A stretch of 64,000 nt of DNA from an uncultured Bacteroidota bacterium. Lineage in GTDB: Bacteria; Bacteroidota; Ignavibacteria; UBA10030; UBA6906. Under the pieces are notes generated by a model that was not told the origin of the DNA, did no database searches, and saw only the letters and a program-made list of their open reading frames with translations. A program made the position numbers and the translations under genes. Position 1 is the first letter of the stretch; every line of letters begins with the position of its first letter. Positions 1 to 9,070 of this stretch are shown piece by piece. The stretch is taken from assembly GCA_963700635.1 (NCBI GenBank), contig CAVOYH010000003.1:704001-768000 (forward strand), in the 5' to 3' direction.

Positions 1-1
1 C

Positions 2-892
2 ACCGCACTCATTGGTCTCTTCCTCTGGCTGTCCGTTAACCTCGGTGAACACTACCAGTACACAGTTTCAGCGCCTCTCACCATTTATGAAGTGCCGGAT
101 GGCATGGCGATCCGCACCCCCGTGCCGCGGTTCGTCCAGCTGAAGTTCCGGGGTGATGGGTGGCGTCTGGCCGGTCTCCTTCTGGGTCCTGACATAAAGG
201 TGAAGATCCCGTTGAGCGCGCTCCCGCAGGGAAATCGCACGATTACCGTGAATGAAGTTGTCGAACGGATTTCGTTTTCACCGGGCCTGCAATTAGTCGA
301 TGTAAACCCGGACACGGTTGTTGTGTGGCTTGACCGTCTGAGCACAAAGCGCGTGCCCGTGGTACCCGATTTGATTATTACATTTAAGGAAGGATACGGG
401 CAGATCGGCACCGTGATGGTATCGCCCGATAGTGTCTCCATCAGCGGCGCTGAATCCGTTGTCGACCGGATCACGTCCTGGAAAACATTCCACACATCAT
501 TTGAAGAACTGAAAGCGCCAATCGAAGAAACCGTCCCGCTCGCGCAGAGTGACGGTCCGATTGTGCGCAGTTCCCCCTCCTCGGTGCGTGTGCACATCAA
601 CGTCGAGTCATTTGCTGAAAAAGTGTTTAGTGGTCTGCCCGTGGAAATCCGCGGCGTGCCGGTGAACCGCGACGTCATCTTCATCCCACCCAAGATGGAG
701 ATTGTTGCCCGGGGAGGTATACGGCAACTGGCAAGCGTATTGCCGGTGGACTTTCAGCTGGAGGTTTTATACGAACGGATACTTGCCGACACCACAGGCA
801 CCATCGAGGCAGACGTTGTGGCTCCGTCGGGTATCCAGGTTGTCGCACGCAGACCGGAGAAACTCCAGTACATCGTGCGAAAGCGTCTCTAA
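2..892 (+). CDS. YbbR/CdaR-like domain protein (5' partial)
   Basis: Frame is open from position 2 (TALIGLFLWLSVNL, an N-terminal TM segment). Repeated beta-rich YbbR-like units (VPVVPDL..GY..V.VSPDSV.ISG; P.V.I.G). Confidence 0.7.
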   Translation, partial: TALIGLFLWLSVNLGEHYQYTVSAPLTIYEVPDGMAIRTPVPRFVQLKFRGDGWRLAGLLLGPDIKVKIPLSALPQGNRTITVNEVVERISFSPGLQLVDVNPDTVVVWLDRLSTKRVPVVPDLIITFKEGYGQIGTVMVSPDSVSISGAESVVDRITSWKTFHTSFEELKAPIEETVPLAQSDGPIVRSSPSSVRVHINVESFAEKVFSGLPVEIRGVPVNRDVIFIPPKMEIVARGGIRQLASVLPVDFQLEVLYERILADTTGTIEADVVAPSGIQVVARRPEKLQYIVRKRL

Positions 893-964
893 AGAGAACG
901 GTGCGGGTGTCCACAACCGGTCTTGTGAGGCATTCGGCAGGGAACAGAAGGAGAACAATTTTCC

Positions 965-1675
965 ATGCGATTGTGTATCAACATTGATCATGTCGCCACC
1001 CTCCGCGAAGCCCGGGGTGGCATGGAGCCGGACCCCATCATGGCTGCCCATCTGTGCGAGCTCGCGGGCGCGCATGGCATCGTGTGCCATCTGCGCGAAG
1101 ACCGGCGTCACATCAACGACCGGGATCTGAGGCTCCTTCGGGAAACGGTGAAGACGAAGCTGGATCTGGAAATGGCCGCCACGGATGAGATTGTAAAAAT
1201 CGCCATTGACACACTTCCTGAACTTGTGACGTTTGTCCCCGAGCGCAGGCAGGAGCTGACCACGGAGGGGGGGCTGGATGTCCGCGGACACCGGCATCAT
1301 CTCCGCGACATTATCACGGAAATGCATCGCCATGAGATTGAGGTAAGTCTGTTTATCGATCCGGTGACAGAACAGGTGGAAGCTGCAGCGGAGGTGCAGG
1401 CGGACAAGATTGAAATTCACACGGGGGAATATGCCAATGCAGGTTCCGAACGCGAACAACTGGCTCTGCTGGAGATCGTGCGGGGCGCGGCACGGCATGC
1501 GCGGGAACTTGGCATGGGCGTCAACGCCGGCCACGGCCTCAACTACCTGAACATCCTCCCCTTCAGAGAGATCGAGGAGATTGAAGAAGTCAGCATCGGG
1601 CACGCTATAATTTCACGCGCCCTTTACGTGGGTCTCGACCGTGCAGTGAGAGAAATGGGTGACCTGGTTAGATAG
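965..1675 (+). CDS. pdxJ: Pyridoxine 5'-phosphate synthase
   Basis: Motifs NIDHVATLREAR, HLREDRRHI, TTEGGLD, VNAGHGLNY, IGHAIISRA. Confidence 0.97.
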   Translation: MRLCINIDHVATLREARGGMEPDPIMAAHLCELAGAHGIVCHLREDRRHINDRDLRLLRETVKTKLDLEMAATDEIVKIAIDTLPELVTFVPERRQELTTEGGLDVRGHRHHLRDIITEMHRHEIEVSLFIDPVTEQVEAAAEVQADKIEIHTGEYANAGSEREQLALLEIVRGAARHARELGMGVNAGHGLNYLNILPFREIEEIEEVSIGHAIISRALYVGLDRAVREMGDLVR

Positions 1676-1855
1676 ACCTCTGTCTATCCCCTCGCGAGCA
1701 CCCAAACGACAAGCAGCGTCAGAGTAGCGAAAACAAGAACTCTTGGCAAGGATTTCAAGAACCCTCCCCCCTCGTTGTGATCTCTCTCCCTCTTTTTGTC
1801 ACAAACGGGCATGTCTGCAGAAATTCGGATGGCAGACCTGCTTTTCCCGTCGATT

Positions 1856-2998
1856 TCAGGCCCTTCTCAAAATCACCATGGCACTCAACACCATGAGAGC
1901 TGCGACAACGAAAAGAGCCGCGTGGAATGTCCCGGTGGAGTCATAGACAAGTCCGGCAAGGATCGGCGCCGGCGCCGCAAGGATGTTGGCGGAAAAAAGG
2001 AGTCCGTACACTTGTCCGACCCGGGCCGTACCCCATACACGCGCGACAGCCGATGCGTACAGGACGAGTACTCCTCCGTAGTTAAAACCTGCCACCATCG
2101 CAAAGACAACAAGTCCGGCACCGGTGCCACAGGAAAATACAATCACCGAACACGCCTGGAAGATGAGATTTGCACTGATGACTGTGCGCAGTTCCGTCCG
2201 GTCGAACAGATATCCCCACGTTAACCGTCCAAGAGCATTCGCAACCGCAAAAAGCGACACTGCCGCGACTCCTGTTGTTAACGCCCCGGCTGTTGACAAT
2301 TCTTTCAGGTTGGCATTAATCATAAAACCCGCAGCAAGTCCCGTGACCATCGCCAGATAGAGCAGCCGGAATGTGGGGTGAGATACTATTGCTGTTGTGG
2401 AGAGAAGGGGCGGCTCAGATGTAGTTGTTCCGCTGGGAAACCGTAATGTGCGGGAGGCCAGAGACGTCACACCGCAGAAGAGTATTCCCAGAACCAGAAA
2501 TACGTAAAATGGTGATGTGCTTCCTGCGATCAACCACAAACCTGAGACCTGACTGATCAAAGCCGCCCCTCCGCCAAACCCCGCAACGGCAACTCCTGTC
2601 ACTAGCCCTCTACGTTCGGGAAACCACCGCACCAGGACTGCAATGGGCACGACATACGCACACCCGACGCCGATCCCTGCAAGAAGTCCGATTCCCAGCA
2701 CGGTGAACACAAAATGGTAAGAACCCAGCGAAGCAAGAATCCAGCCGGAGCCAAAAAGAATTCCCCCCACCAGCGCACAACGTTGCGGACCCAAGCGGTT
2801 CAGGATCGTTCCGGCAAAGAGCATCGTAGCCGGAAATGCGAAATAGAAGACTGTGAAGGGAAGCTGTACCGTAGCCTGTGAGAGTCCCGTGGTCTCACGG
2901 AGAGGCAGCACAAAGACAGACCATGCATACGTCGCCCCCAGACACATCTGGAGGCCGAGGGATGCAACAATGATCAGGGAACGACGGGGCGTGTTCAT
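1856..2998 (-). CDS. MFS transporter, oxalate:formate antiporter (OFA)-like
   Basis: About 12 TM helices; YAWSVF, WFPERRGLVTG, NALGR..WG..DR motifs. Confidence 0.85.
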   Translation of the reverse strand: MNTPRRSLIIVASLGLQMCLGATYAWSVFVLPLRETTGLSQATVQLPFTVFYFAFPATMLFAGTILNRLGPQRCALVGGILFGSGWILASLGSYHFVFTVLGIGLLAGIGVGCAYVVPIAVLVRWFPERRGLVTGVAVAGFGGGAALISQVSGLWLIAGSTSPFYVFLVLGILFCGVTSLASRTLRFPSGTTTSEPPLLSTTAIVSHPTFRLLYLAMVTGLAAGFMINANLKELSTAGALTTGVAAVSLFAVANALGRLTWGYLFDRTELRTVISANLIFQACSVIVFSCGTGAGLVVFAMVAGFNYGGVLVLYASAVARVWGTARVGQVYGLLFSANILAAPAPILAGLVYDSTGTFHAALFVVAALMVLSAMVILRRA

Positions 2999-3006
2999 AC
3001 GTGGCG

Positions 3007-5322
3007 TTACAACGGATCCCGCTCAACGCCAAGTTCCCAGCGCCGGCTTTGCCGCATCAGCGAATCAAAATAGTGACTGTTGGGATTCGTCTGCAATCTC
3101 CCATTCGCCTTCAGCAAATCCACCATTAAGTCGTAGCTATCCCCCGTTGACGTGTACAGGAATCGCATGTGCCTGTCAAATGTGTAGTTGAGGATTGGCT
3201 CCGAGGGCCATCCCGGCGGGATATCGGGGCCTAATCCGTCACTGATGCACGCCGTGATTCGTCCGAGCCGCTCATCAACCTTTGTAAACAGAGCTGAATT
3301 TCCCTTGCTTGAGCCACGGAAGGCATCTCCCACGGCCGTGCGCGGAATCAGGATATAGTATTTCTCCCTGGCTGCAACGGGGGCATCACAGCGGTACTCT
3401 CCTTGTGTCGGAGAACAGCCATCCATCTGTCCGACTTCCAGAACTGCAACAAAGGCACGCCGGTATGCATTGTTGACGCCACAGGCAACAATCTCTTTCA
3501 CCCCATCCTGATCCACATCTCCGACTTCGATATCTGCCACATGTCCGACATGGACGTATTGTTCCCGTATTGTACCGTCGCGCCCATTCAGGCGCACGAC
3601 AAAACCTGGAAATGATGGTGTGTGCGACCCCGAAACAAACACATCCGGAGCGCCCTCCACACCGGTATCCATGACCACGATGTCTGAGTTACAGTAGGTT
3701 CCTCCGAGGGTTTCCTGCTTTTCTGGAAAAAGCGCCCTGGGAATGATCGTCGTTCGCCAGAGAAAAGTTTCTTTTTGAATGGACCATGCGCACACCTCAT
3801 CGTGTACCACCAGACGATCCGAACTGGTCCGGACAAATACGATATCGGGAACATGATCTCCATCAAAATCGCCGAAACCGTGCCCCTTCTGTGCCACCAT
3901 AGTGCTGACAAGACGTGTCCCCTTCTCAACAGTGGCCCTTCCTACGGTGATGTCCCCTATCATCTTTCCGTACCGGTTCTGCACCGTAAGTCTGTCGCCT
4001 GCATATTCCACCGATACAGGAATCTTATCCCATGATCCCGACAGGTGCCAGAGTGTCAACAGAACGAGCCCCGAGGATGCGACAAGTGCCACACTGCGGG
4101 TCTTTTTCTGCCATATCCTTCGGGCGGTATGAGCGACCAGACCCGACCGGGTATGCCGTGTCACCCGCCGGTCATAAAACACTTCCCGCACATGCCGCAC
4201 CCCGATCACATCCAGCACGCGGTGTGGATGATCCTTTGAGAGTGCCGCAATCAGACTTTCGGCAACGGTCAGGTGGTTCCTGGGGACGACCACGGCCGAG
4301 AGAGGGGAATAGAATACTGCTTCGAGTTTCTGTGGAAGCGTGCCCTCGTCAACGGGCATGACCGATCCGTCGGGATCCACATCTCCGGTGATTGCCACTG
4401 ATGAAAGGACGTCGTATTGTTCGCGTTGTCCGGCAGCGCGTGTTACGCCGGCGATGAGGAGGACCGCCAGGGCGAGGTTTGCCGACCCGCCTTCGTGCAG
4501 GGTCTGTTTGCCGCGGAACGTCGCATGGCCGCGCACATAGTTCCGGGCTATACGTGGCTGCATTTGTTCCAGTACGCTCCGCGCCGCTCTTGCCGAAGTG
4601 TCCCACACCGCTGCATGAACATCCTTCACTCCAAAGACGGCCACATCGGAATGCAGCTCATCTTTTTCGCCTCCTGCCGCACCGGTGATCTGAAGTTCCA
4701 GCATCTGCATTCCTCCCCACGATGCCGGCGCCGCACCCTCTGTCAGGCCATGTTCGACGACAGGAACAAAACAGGAGTTGGAGGATCGTTGAAGGGCAGA
4801 TTCCCAGTGTGCCTGGATTATGCGCAAGGAGGTGGAAACCGGGTGACCCGACGCTTCAACTTCGGCTGTCCACCGGCGTACCCGTTCAAACAAAGGCTCG
4901 CGACCCTCCTCTGGTACCGGCACGGTTGATCCCGGATCGCCACCAGCATCAAGAACCTGCCATGCCCTGTCCCGATCACCCGCGTACAGATACAACTCCG
5001 CCAGCCGTAATCGGATTTCATGTTCAATTTCTGCAAACATCGGTTCTAGGGCAAACCCTGAAACATCGTCCGCCAGAACTGCCAGCGTACGATGGAGTGA
5101 AGCAAGTGGCTGGGGGGAGAGTCCGAATGTCGGCAATTCCTGGATCGTCCCCTTCAGCCTTGGAAGGCAATCACGGATATACGATTCGTATACACCTGCC
5201 TCTTGGCCAAGAAAGGAGAGAAAATGGTCGAGTGCAACGATATCCTGAAGGGAAGAGTGGGGATAAGCGAGTGTGACAAGAAGGGTCTGGTAGTGCTGCT
5301 CGACCGTGAGAGGATTGTGCAT
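3007..5322 (-). CDS. Membrane-anchored Lon-type (S16) protease-domain protein with C-terminal FG-GAP repeat domain
   Basis: HEGGS280ANLA...VAITGDVDPDGSVMPV...PQK332 aligns by eye with the Lon proteolytic domain (DGPSAG...AMTGEI..G.VLPIGGLKEK). One TM at about aa 410-428 after RRIWQKKTR. C-terminal GDFDGDHVPDIV and GDVDQDGVKEIV repeats. Confidence 0.75.
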   Translation of the reverse strand: MHNPLTVEQHYQTLLVTLAYPHSSLQDIVALDHFLSFLGQEAGVYESYIRDCLPRLKGTIQELPTFGLSPQPLASLHRTLAVLADDVSGFALEPMFAEIEHEIRLRLAELYLYAGDRDRAWQVLDAGGDPGSTVPVPEEGREPLFERVRRWTAEVEASGHPVSTSLRIIQAHWESALQRSSNSCFVPVVEHGLTEGAAPASWGGMQMLELQITGAAGGEKDELHSDVAVFGVKDVHAAVWDTSARAARSVLEQMQPRIARNYVRGHATFRGKQTLHEGGSANLALAVLLIAGVTRAAGQREQYDVLSSVAITGDVDPDGSVMPVDEGTLPQKLEAVFYSPLSAVVVPRNHLTVAESLIAALSKDHPHRVLDVIGVRHVREVFYDRRVTRHTRSGLVAHTARRIWQKKTRSVALVASSGLVLLTLWHLSGSWDKIPVSVEYAGDRLTVQNRYGKMIGDITVGRATVEKGTRLVSTMVAQKGHGFGDFDGDHVPDIVFVRTSSDRLVVHDEVCAWSIQKETFLWRTTIIPRALFPEKQETLGGTYCNSDIVVMDTGVEGAPDVFVSGSHTPSFPGFVVRLNGRDGTIREQYVHVGHVADIEVGDVDQDGVKEIVACGVNNAYRRAFVAVLEVGQMDGCSPTQGEYRCDAPVAAREKYYILIPRTAVGDAFRGSSKGNSALFTKVDERLGRITACISDGLGPDIPPGWPSEPILNYTFDRHMRFLYTSTGDSYDLMVDLLKANGRLQTNPNSHYFDSLMRQSRRWELGVERDPL

Positions 5323-5419
5323 AGGAGCTCATGAGACTGCACATCGTACAAAGGGCTCAGGACGCGAGTGGCGGCCAACGGAAAATTCGGCGTGACACGG
5401 ACCGGTGAAGTTACCGGCT

Positions 5420-6265
5420 TTATCCGTACAGTCGCAACACGAAATCCCCCTCCCCTGCGGGGAATTCTCCTGCTCCATGGATCAGAATGCTCAACACGGC
5501 GTCAGACGGAGTCTTCACCAGTGCCACTGCTGGCAGGGCGGGATTTCCCTCGTCATACACACGGACACGGATGAGATCTCCGTTGTTCGTCACCTCGATT
5601 GTACAATGGTGGTCGTTCTCACCCTTCGTGTAGGCGATGGATTTCTCCAGGGGCAGGTCATTTCGGCCGAACGTAACTGTCGCCACCGGTATGCGAAGGA
5701 GTCCTTCGATCTGGGACCAATCACGCGGTTCCATTGCCGGCTGTAACTCAAAACCAACCTGCCCCCGGTCGTCCGTCACAAACTCGCCTATATCCGGAAG
5801 GGAGATCAGCACAACTTCTCGTTTATGCGGATCTTCCGTATGGACGTACAGGCGGTATGCATGCGCATCACCCTCACGCCGTATTCGTACAAGGGTGTTT
5901 TCGGGTTCAGATGCCAGTGTTGCGACCGTTTCGTCAAATCCACGGGCCAACGTCCGGGGTGTCATCGCCGCGAGCACCGTCGTATATCTGCCGTGCAGCG
6001 TGTGCATGTCAGGCCGGGGTCTGAAAGGGATAAGCCGGATGGTCGTTGCTGATGGGATAATCTTCTTCATAACTTCTGCGAGAAGATCTTTCTCCAGAGC
6101 CCCGGCGGTTACCATCGTCGCATAAAACTCCCGCTGCGCTTCCTCCACGGCCCTGCACCCCGGGCACCGGGCCAGATGTTCCCGTATTTCTACGAGTGTG
6201 GCAGCATGCAGTCGCTCAGGGGCGACAATACTGAGTTCGATTGTATGTTCGTCAATATGGTTCAT
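5420..6265 (-). CDS. Putative soluble zinc-finger (zf-HC2/ZAS) anti-sigma factor with C-terminal beta-rich domain
   Basis: N-terminal His plus H30xxxC34xxC37 (EHLARCPGC). No TM segment. Lies directly downstream of the sigma-like gene. Confidence 0.7.
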   Translation of the reverse strand: MNHIDEHTIELSIVAPERLHAATLVEIREHLARCPGCRAVEEAQREFYATMVTAGALEKDLLAEVMKKIIPSATTIRLIPFRPRPDMHTLHGRYTTVLAAMTPRTLARGFDETVATLASEPENTLVRIRREGDAHAYRLYVHTEDPHKREVVLISLPDIGEFVTDDRGQVGFELQPAMEPRDWSQIEGLLRIPVATVTFGRNDLPLEKSIAYTKGENDHHCTIEVTNNGDLIRVRVYDEGNPALPAVALVKTPSDAVLSILIHGAGEFPAGEGDFVLRLYG

Positions 6266-6342
6266 TGTTACTATTGGTTATGCGCAAATCTCTCCTCCCA
6301 CAGAAATCCGCCGTTCTCTCTCCACCGGTTGGGGAGAGCCAA

Positions 6343-7374
6343 TCACGGAACTTTTCCGATCCCCAATTCCCGTCTGATTTGTCGTACAAACGCCGCCCTT
6401 GCGAGTTTTACCAGGTATTCAAATCGACACCGGTGCTCCTGATGATATTGTTCCAATGTCAGCAAGGGTATTCCCGCGGCGAGATGGTCATGGTACGAGG
6501 TGGCGTGTCCGTCGTTTAAAATGAACTCAGCCCGGAGAATCGCCTGAACAGCTTCCCTGTAGGCGCTGAATGTTGTTTCAGCCACCGTTCCTTTCTCTAC
6601 ATAGAGCCTGTGCTTTTTGTCAAATACAGCAGTCACCGTTCCGGTGATTGCCGCTTCAAGTTCTTCCGGACGGATCGCCGATGAAGTGTCCGTCTCTTCC
6701 GGGGTTGTTGCAACACCGATGCGCAAAAAGGCCGTGCGGATCAGCAGGCCAAGCAGCGTTAACGGATAACTCCTCCGGTAGATATTCTGTTGATCCAAAA
6801 TACATGCAACACGATCCATCACTTCAGGCATGACGCTCTTTCCCGAGAGGTCCACAACAAGGAGGCCCTCAAGATATTCCCAGGGGATCTCCGGCAGCTG
6901 CCGGATGTGCTCGGTCTCTGTCGTTACCTGCACCCACAACTCGCCGTTGCGGCGATCTTCAGTCAACCGGGAATTCTTCCGGATGGCATTGCGGATATTG
7001 CGAAGTATCTTTTCCAGAGAGGGATCGGACTCTTTATAGAGCCGTGACAGTTGCTGATGGACTTTACTGTAGACGAGGCGGCGGGTGAAGGAAAGAAGCT
7101 CCTCTTCGGAGAGCGAGTCCCATCCAAGGGGCGTATAGTATGCGTGCAGTTGAACGAATCGTCCGCTTCCATCCCGTTCATAGAGGGGCCCGATACAGTC
7201 GACAGCGAGATCATGAACAGAAAGACCAAAAAAATCGGGATGGATGGTACGTGCGTGGATTCTCTTATGAAGATAGACCGTGGCAATCCGAATCGTCAGG
7301 GCAACATACGGCTGCATATCCGTCGTTGTCGGGTGCGGCGCGAGAATGCGTCGGAGGGCTTCGCTGAGATGCAT
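6343..7374 (-). CDS. Putative divergent ECF-type sigma-factor-like protein
   Basis: DLAVDCIGPLY and LLSFTRRLVYSKVHQQLSRL resemble sigma region 2. C-terminal basic helix LVKLARAAFVRQIRREL resembles the end of region 4. Adjacent to a ZAS gene. ATG at 7374 is preceded by AGGGGA. Confidence 0.5.
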   Translation of the reverse strand: MHLSEALRRILAPHPTTTDMQPYVALTIRIATVYLHKRIHARTIHPDFFGLSVHDLAVDCIGPLYERDGSGRFVQLHAYYTPLGWDSLSEEELLSFTRRLVYSKVHQQLSRLYKESDPSLEKILRNIRNAIRKNSRLTEDRRNGELWVQVTTETEHIRQLPEIPWEYLEGLLVVDLSGKSVMPEVMDRVACILDQQNIYRRSYPLTLLGLLIRTAFLRIGVATTPEETDTSSAIRPEELEAAITGTVTAVFDKKHRLYVEKGTVAETTFSAYREAVQAILRAEFILNDGHATSYHDHLAAGIPLLTLEQYHQEHRCRFEYLVKLARAAFVRQIRRELGIGKVP

Positions 7375-7424
7375 TGTTCCCCTGAATGTCAGCAGCAGCA
7401 ATGCCCCGTGGGGGCACTGCCGTA

Positions 7425-8024
7425 TTAGTCGCGAATCTCCAATCTCCGGATCTCATCCCGCAGGCCCGCGGCCTTCTCGTAATCCTCTTTTTCGATCGCC
7501 TGCTTCAGCTGTTGATGGAGCTGTTCGAGACGGGTAAGCTTGTTGGGTGGCTGATCTTTTGGTGCTGCAGCGGCTTTGGGTGGTTTTGCGCCTCCCCCCT
7601 CTTTCTGTTGTGCTTCCTCTTCTTCTTCCTCCGGCACAAATGACGCTTCGTCCATAACGCCACCCGCCACAAAAATCTGCGCGCCATACCGGACGGCGAG
7701 GGCGATCGCATCACTCGGACGGGAATCAATGAGCTGGTTGTCAATATTCAGCTTTGCGTAAAATGTCCCGTCGCGCAGGTCGTCAATCGTAACATCCATC
7801 AGTTCGGAACCAAACGATGTGATGATGTTTTTCATCAGATCGTGCGTCAGCGGTCGTGGCGGCTTGATCCCCTCCATTTCCAGGGCGATTGACTGCGCCT
7901 CGGCCTGCCCGATAATAATCGGCAGGCGGCGGGTCCCTTCGACTTCCCGGAGAATCAACGCATACGCTCCGCCACTGGCGGGATTTGTTGAGAGTCCTAG
8001 TATATCAACCAGCACGCGTTCCAC
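7425..8024 (-). CDS. Bifunctional nuclease family (DUF151) protein with C-terminal UVR domain
   Basis: RRLPIIIG..EAQSIA, RPLTHDL, IDSRPSDAIALA; C-terminal EDYEKAAGLRDEI (UVR). Confidence 0.93.
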   Translation of the reverse strand: MERVLVDILGLSTNPASGGAYALILREVEGTRRLPIIIGQAEAQSIALEMEGIKPPRPLTHDLMKNIITSFGSELMDVTIDDLRDGTFYAKLNIDNQLIDSRPSDAIALAVRYGAQIFVAGGVMDEASFVPEEEEEEAQQKEGGGAKPPKAAAAPKDQPPNKLTRLEQLHQQLKQAIEKEDYEKAAGLRDEIRRLEIRD

Positions 8025-8097
8025 ACTATACTCCTTCCCTGGGTCAGCTCCTCATCGCCCTGGTCTCGATGATCGTCATGCATCCATCACGGTCTGT

Positions 8098-9069
8098 CTA
8101 TTTCCCGAGCGCCTGCTTTAACTGCGATGTCAGTTCGGGAAGAATCTCGAACACATCTCCCGCAATGCCATAGTCTGCAATCTGAAAGATCGGGGCGTCT
8201 TTATCCTTGTTGATGGCCACAATGTACTTCGACGATGACATACCTGCAATATGTTGAACCGCCCCGGAGATTCCGCATGCAACATACAGTGTCGGAGACA
8301 CCGTCTTCCCGGTTTGTCCAACCTGTTCGTCGTGCGGGCGCCAGCCGGCATCCACCACAGCGCGTGACGCACCCACCGCCGCACCGAGCACATCAGCCAG
8401 CGATTCCAGCAGAGCAAAATGCTCCGGCCCTTTCATTCCGCGACCGCCGGAGACGATGATGTCCGCTTCTGTGACATCAGGCCGGCCTGTGGAAACTTGT
8501 ACATCCTTAACGACAGTGACAAAGTCGGCCGGATCAAGCGCCACTGACACCGACTCGACGGTCGGATCACTGCCTCCCGGGGTCGCGGTGAAGACGTTCG
8601 GGCGCAACGTAAACACCTTCACCGGCGTTGTCACACGCACATCCACGAGCGCCTTTCCTGCATACACCGGCCGCGTCGCTATAATATCGCCGTTCTCAAC
8701 CTTGAGATCCACGCAGTCGCCTGCGAGACCCGCCTTCAGCTTCAGGGCAACGCGGGGGGCAAGGTCTTTCCCCATCTGGCTCGCGGGCAGGAACACGATT
8801 CCGGCACCCTGTTTCGTTGCCACCTCGGCGATCACTTTTGCGTATGCAACGCTGGCATGCGCGGCGAGTGTTGGATCATCCACAACCACAACACGTGATG
8901 CGCCGAACTGTCCGAGTTCCTTTGCCATGGTAGTGATGCCACTGCCAACGACAAGGGCACAGAATTCGGCTTTGAGTGTGTCGGCTACGCCCCGCGCTGC
9001 ACGAATGGTCTCAAACGAGGATTTCTTAAATTTTCCATCACGATGTTCGGCAAATGCAAGAATAGTCAT
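8098..9069 (-). CDS. etfA: Electron transfer flavoprotein alpha subunit
   Basis: [47 protein letters not shown]. Confidence 0.96.
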   Translation of the reverse strand: MTILAFAEHRDGKFKKSSFETIRAARGVADTLKAEFCALVVGSGITTMAKELGQFGASRVVVVDDPTLAAHASVAYAKVIAEVATKQGAGIVFLPASQMGKDLAPRVALKLKAGLAGDCVDLKVENGDIIATRPVYAGKALVDVRVTTPVKVFTLRPNVFTATPGGSDPTVESVSVALDPADFVTVVKDVQVSTGRPDVTEADIIVSGGRGMKGPEHFALLESLADVLGAAVGASRAVVDAGWRPHDEQVGQTGKTVSPTLYVACGISGAVQHIAGMSSSKYIVAINKDKDAPIFQIADYGIAGDVFEILPELTSQLKQALGK

Positions 9070-9070
9070 A

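Noticed and set aside
6310-6342. CTCTCC...GGAGAG inverted repeat between the sigma-like and anti-sigma genes
   Set aside because: Short hairpin without a U tract; cannot be called a terminator or binding site from sequence alone.
3007-7374. Interpreting the Lon/anti-sigma/sigma trio as a CRISPR-associated CalpL-CalpT-CalpS locus
   Set aside because: No cas genes, repeats or SAVED/CARF domain seen; the putative sensor is an extracytoplasmic FG-GAP domain instead.
8026-8082. Tiny minus-strand ORF (MHDDHRDQGDEELTQEGV) between etfA and the DUF151 gene
   Set aside because: Only 18 codons with no independent support; it overlaps the RBS of the downstream gene.
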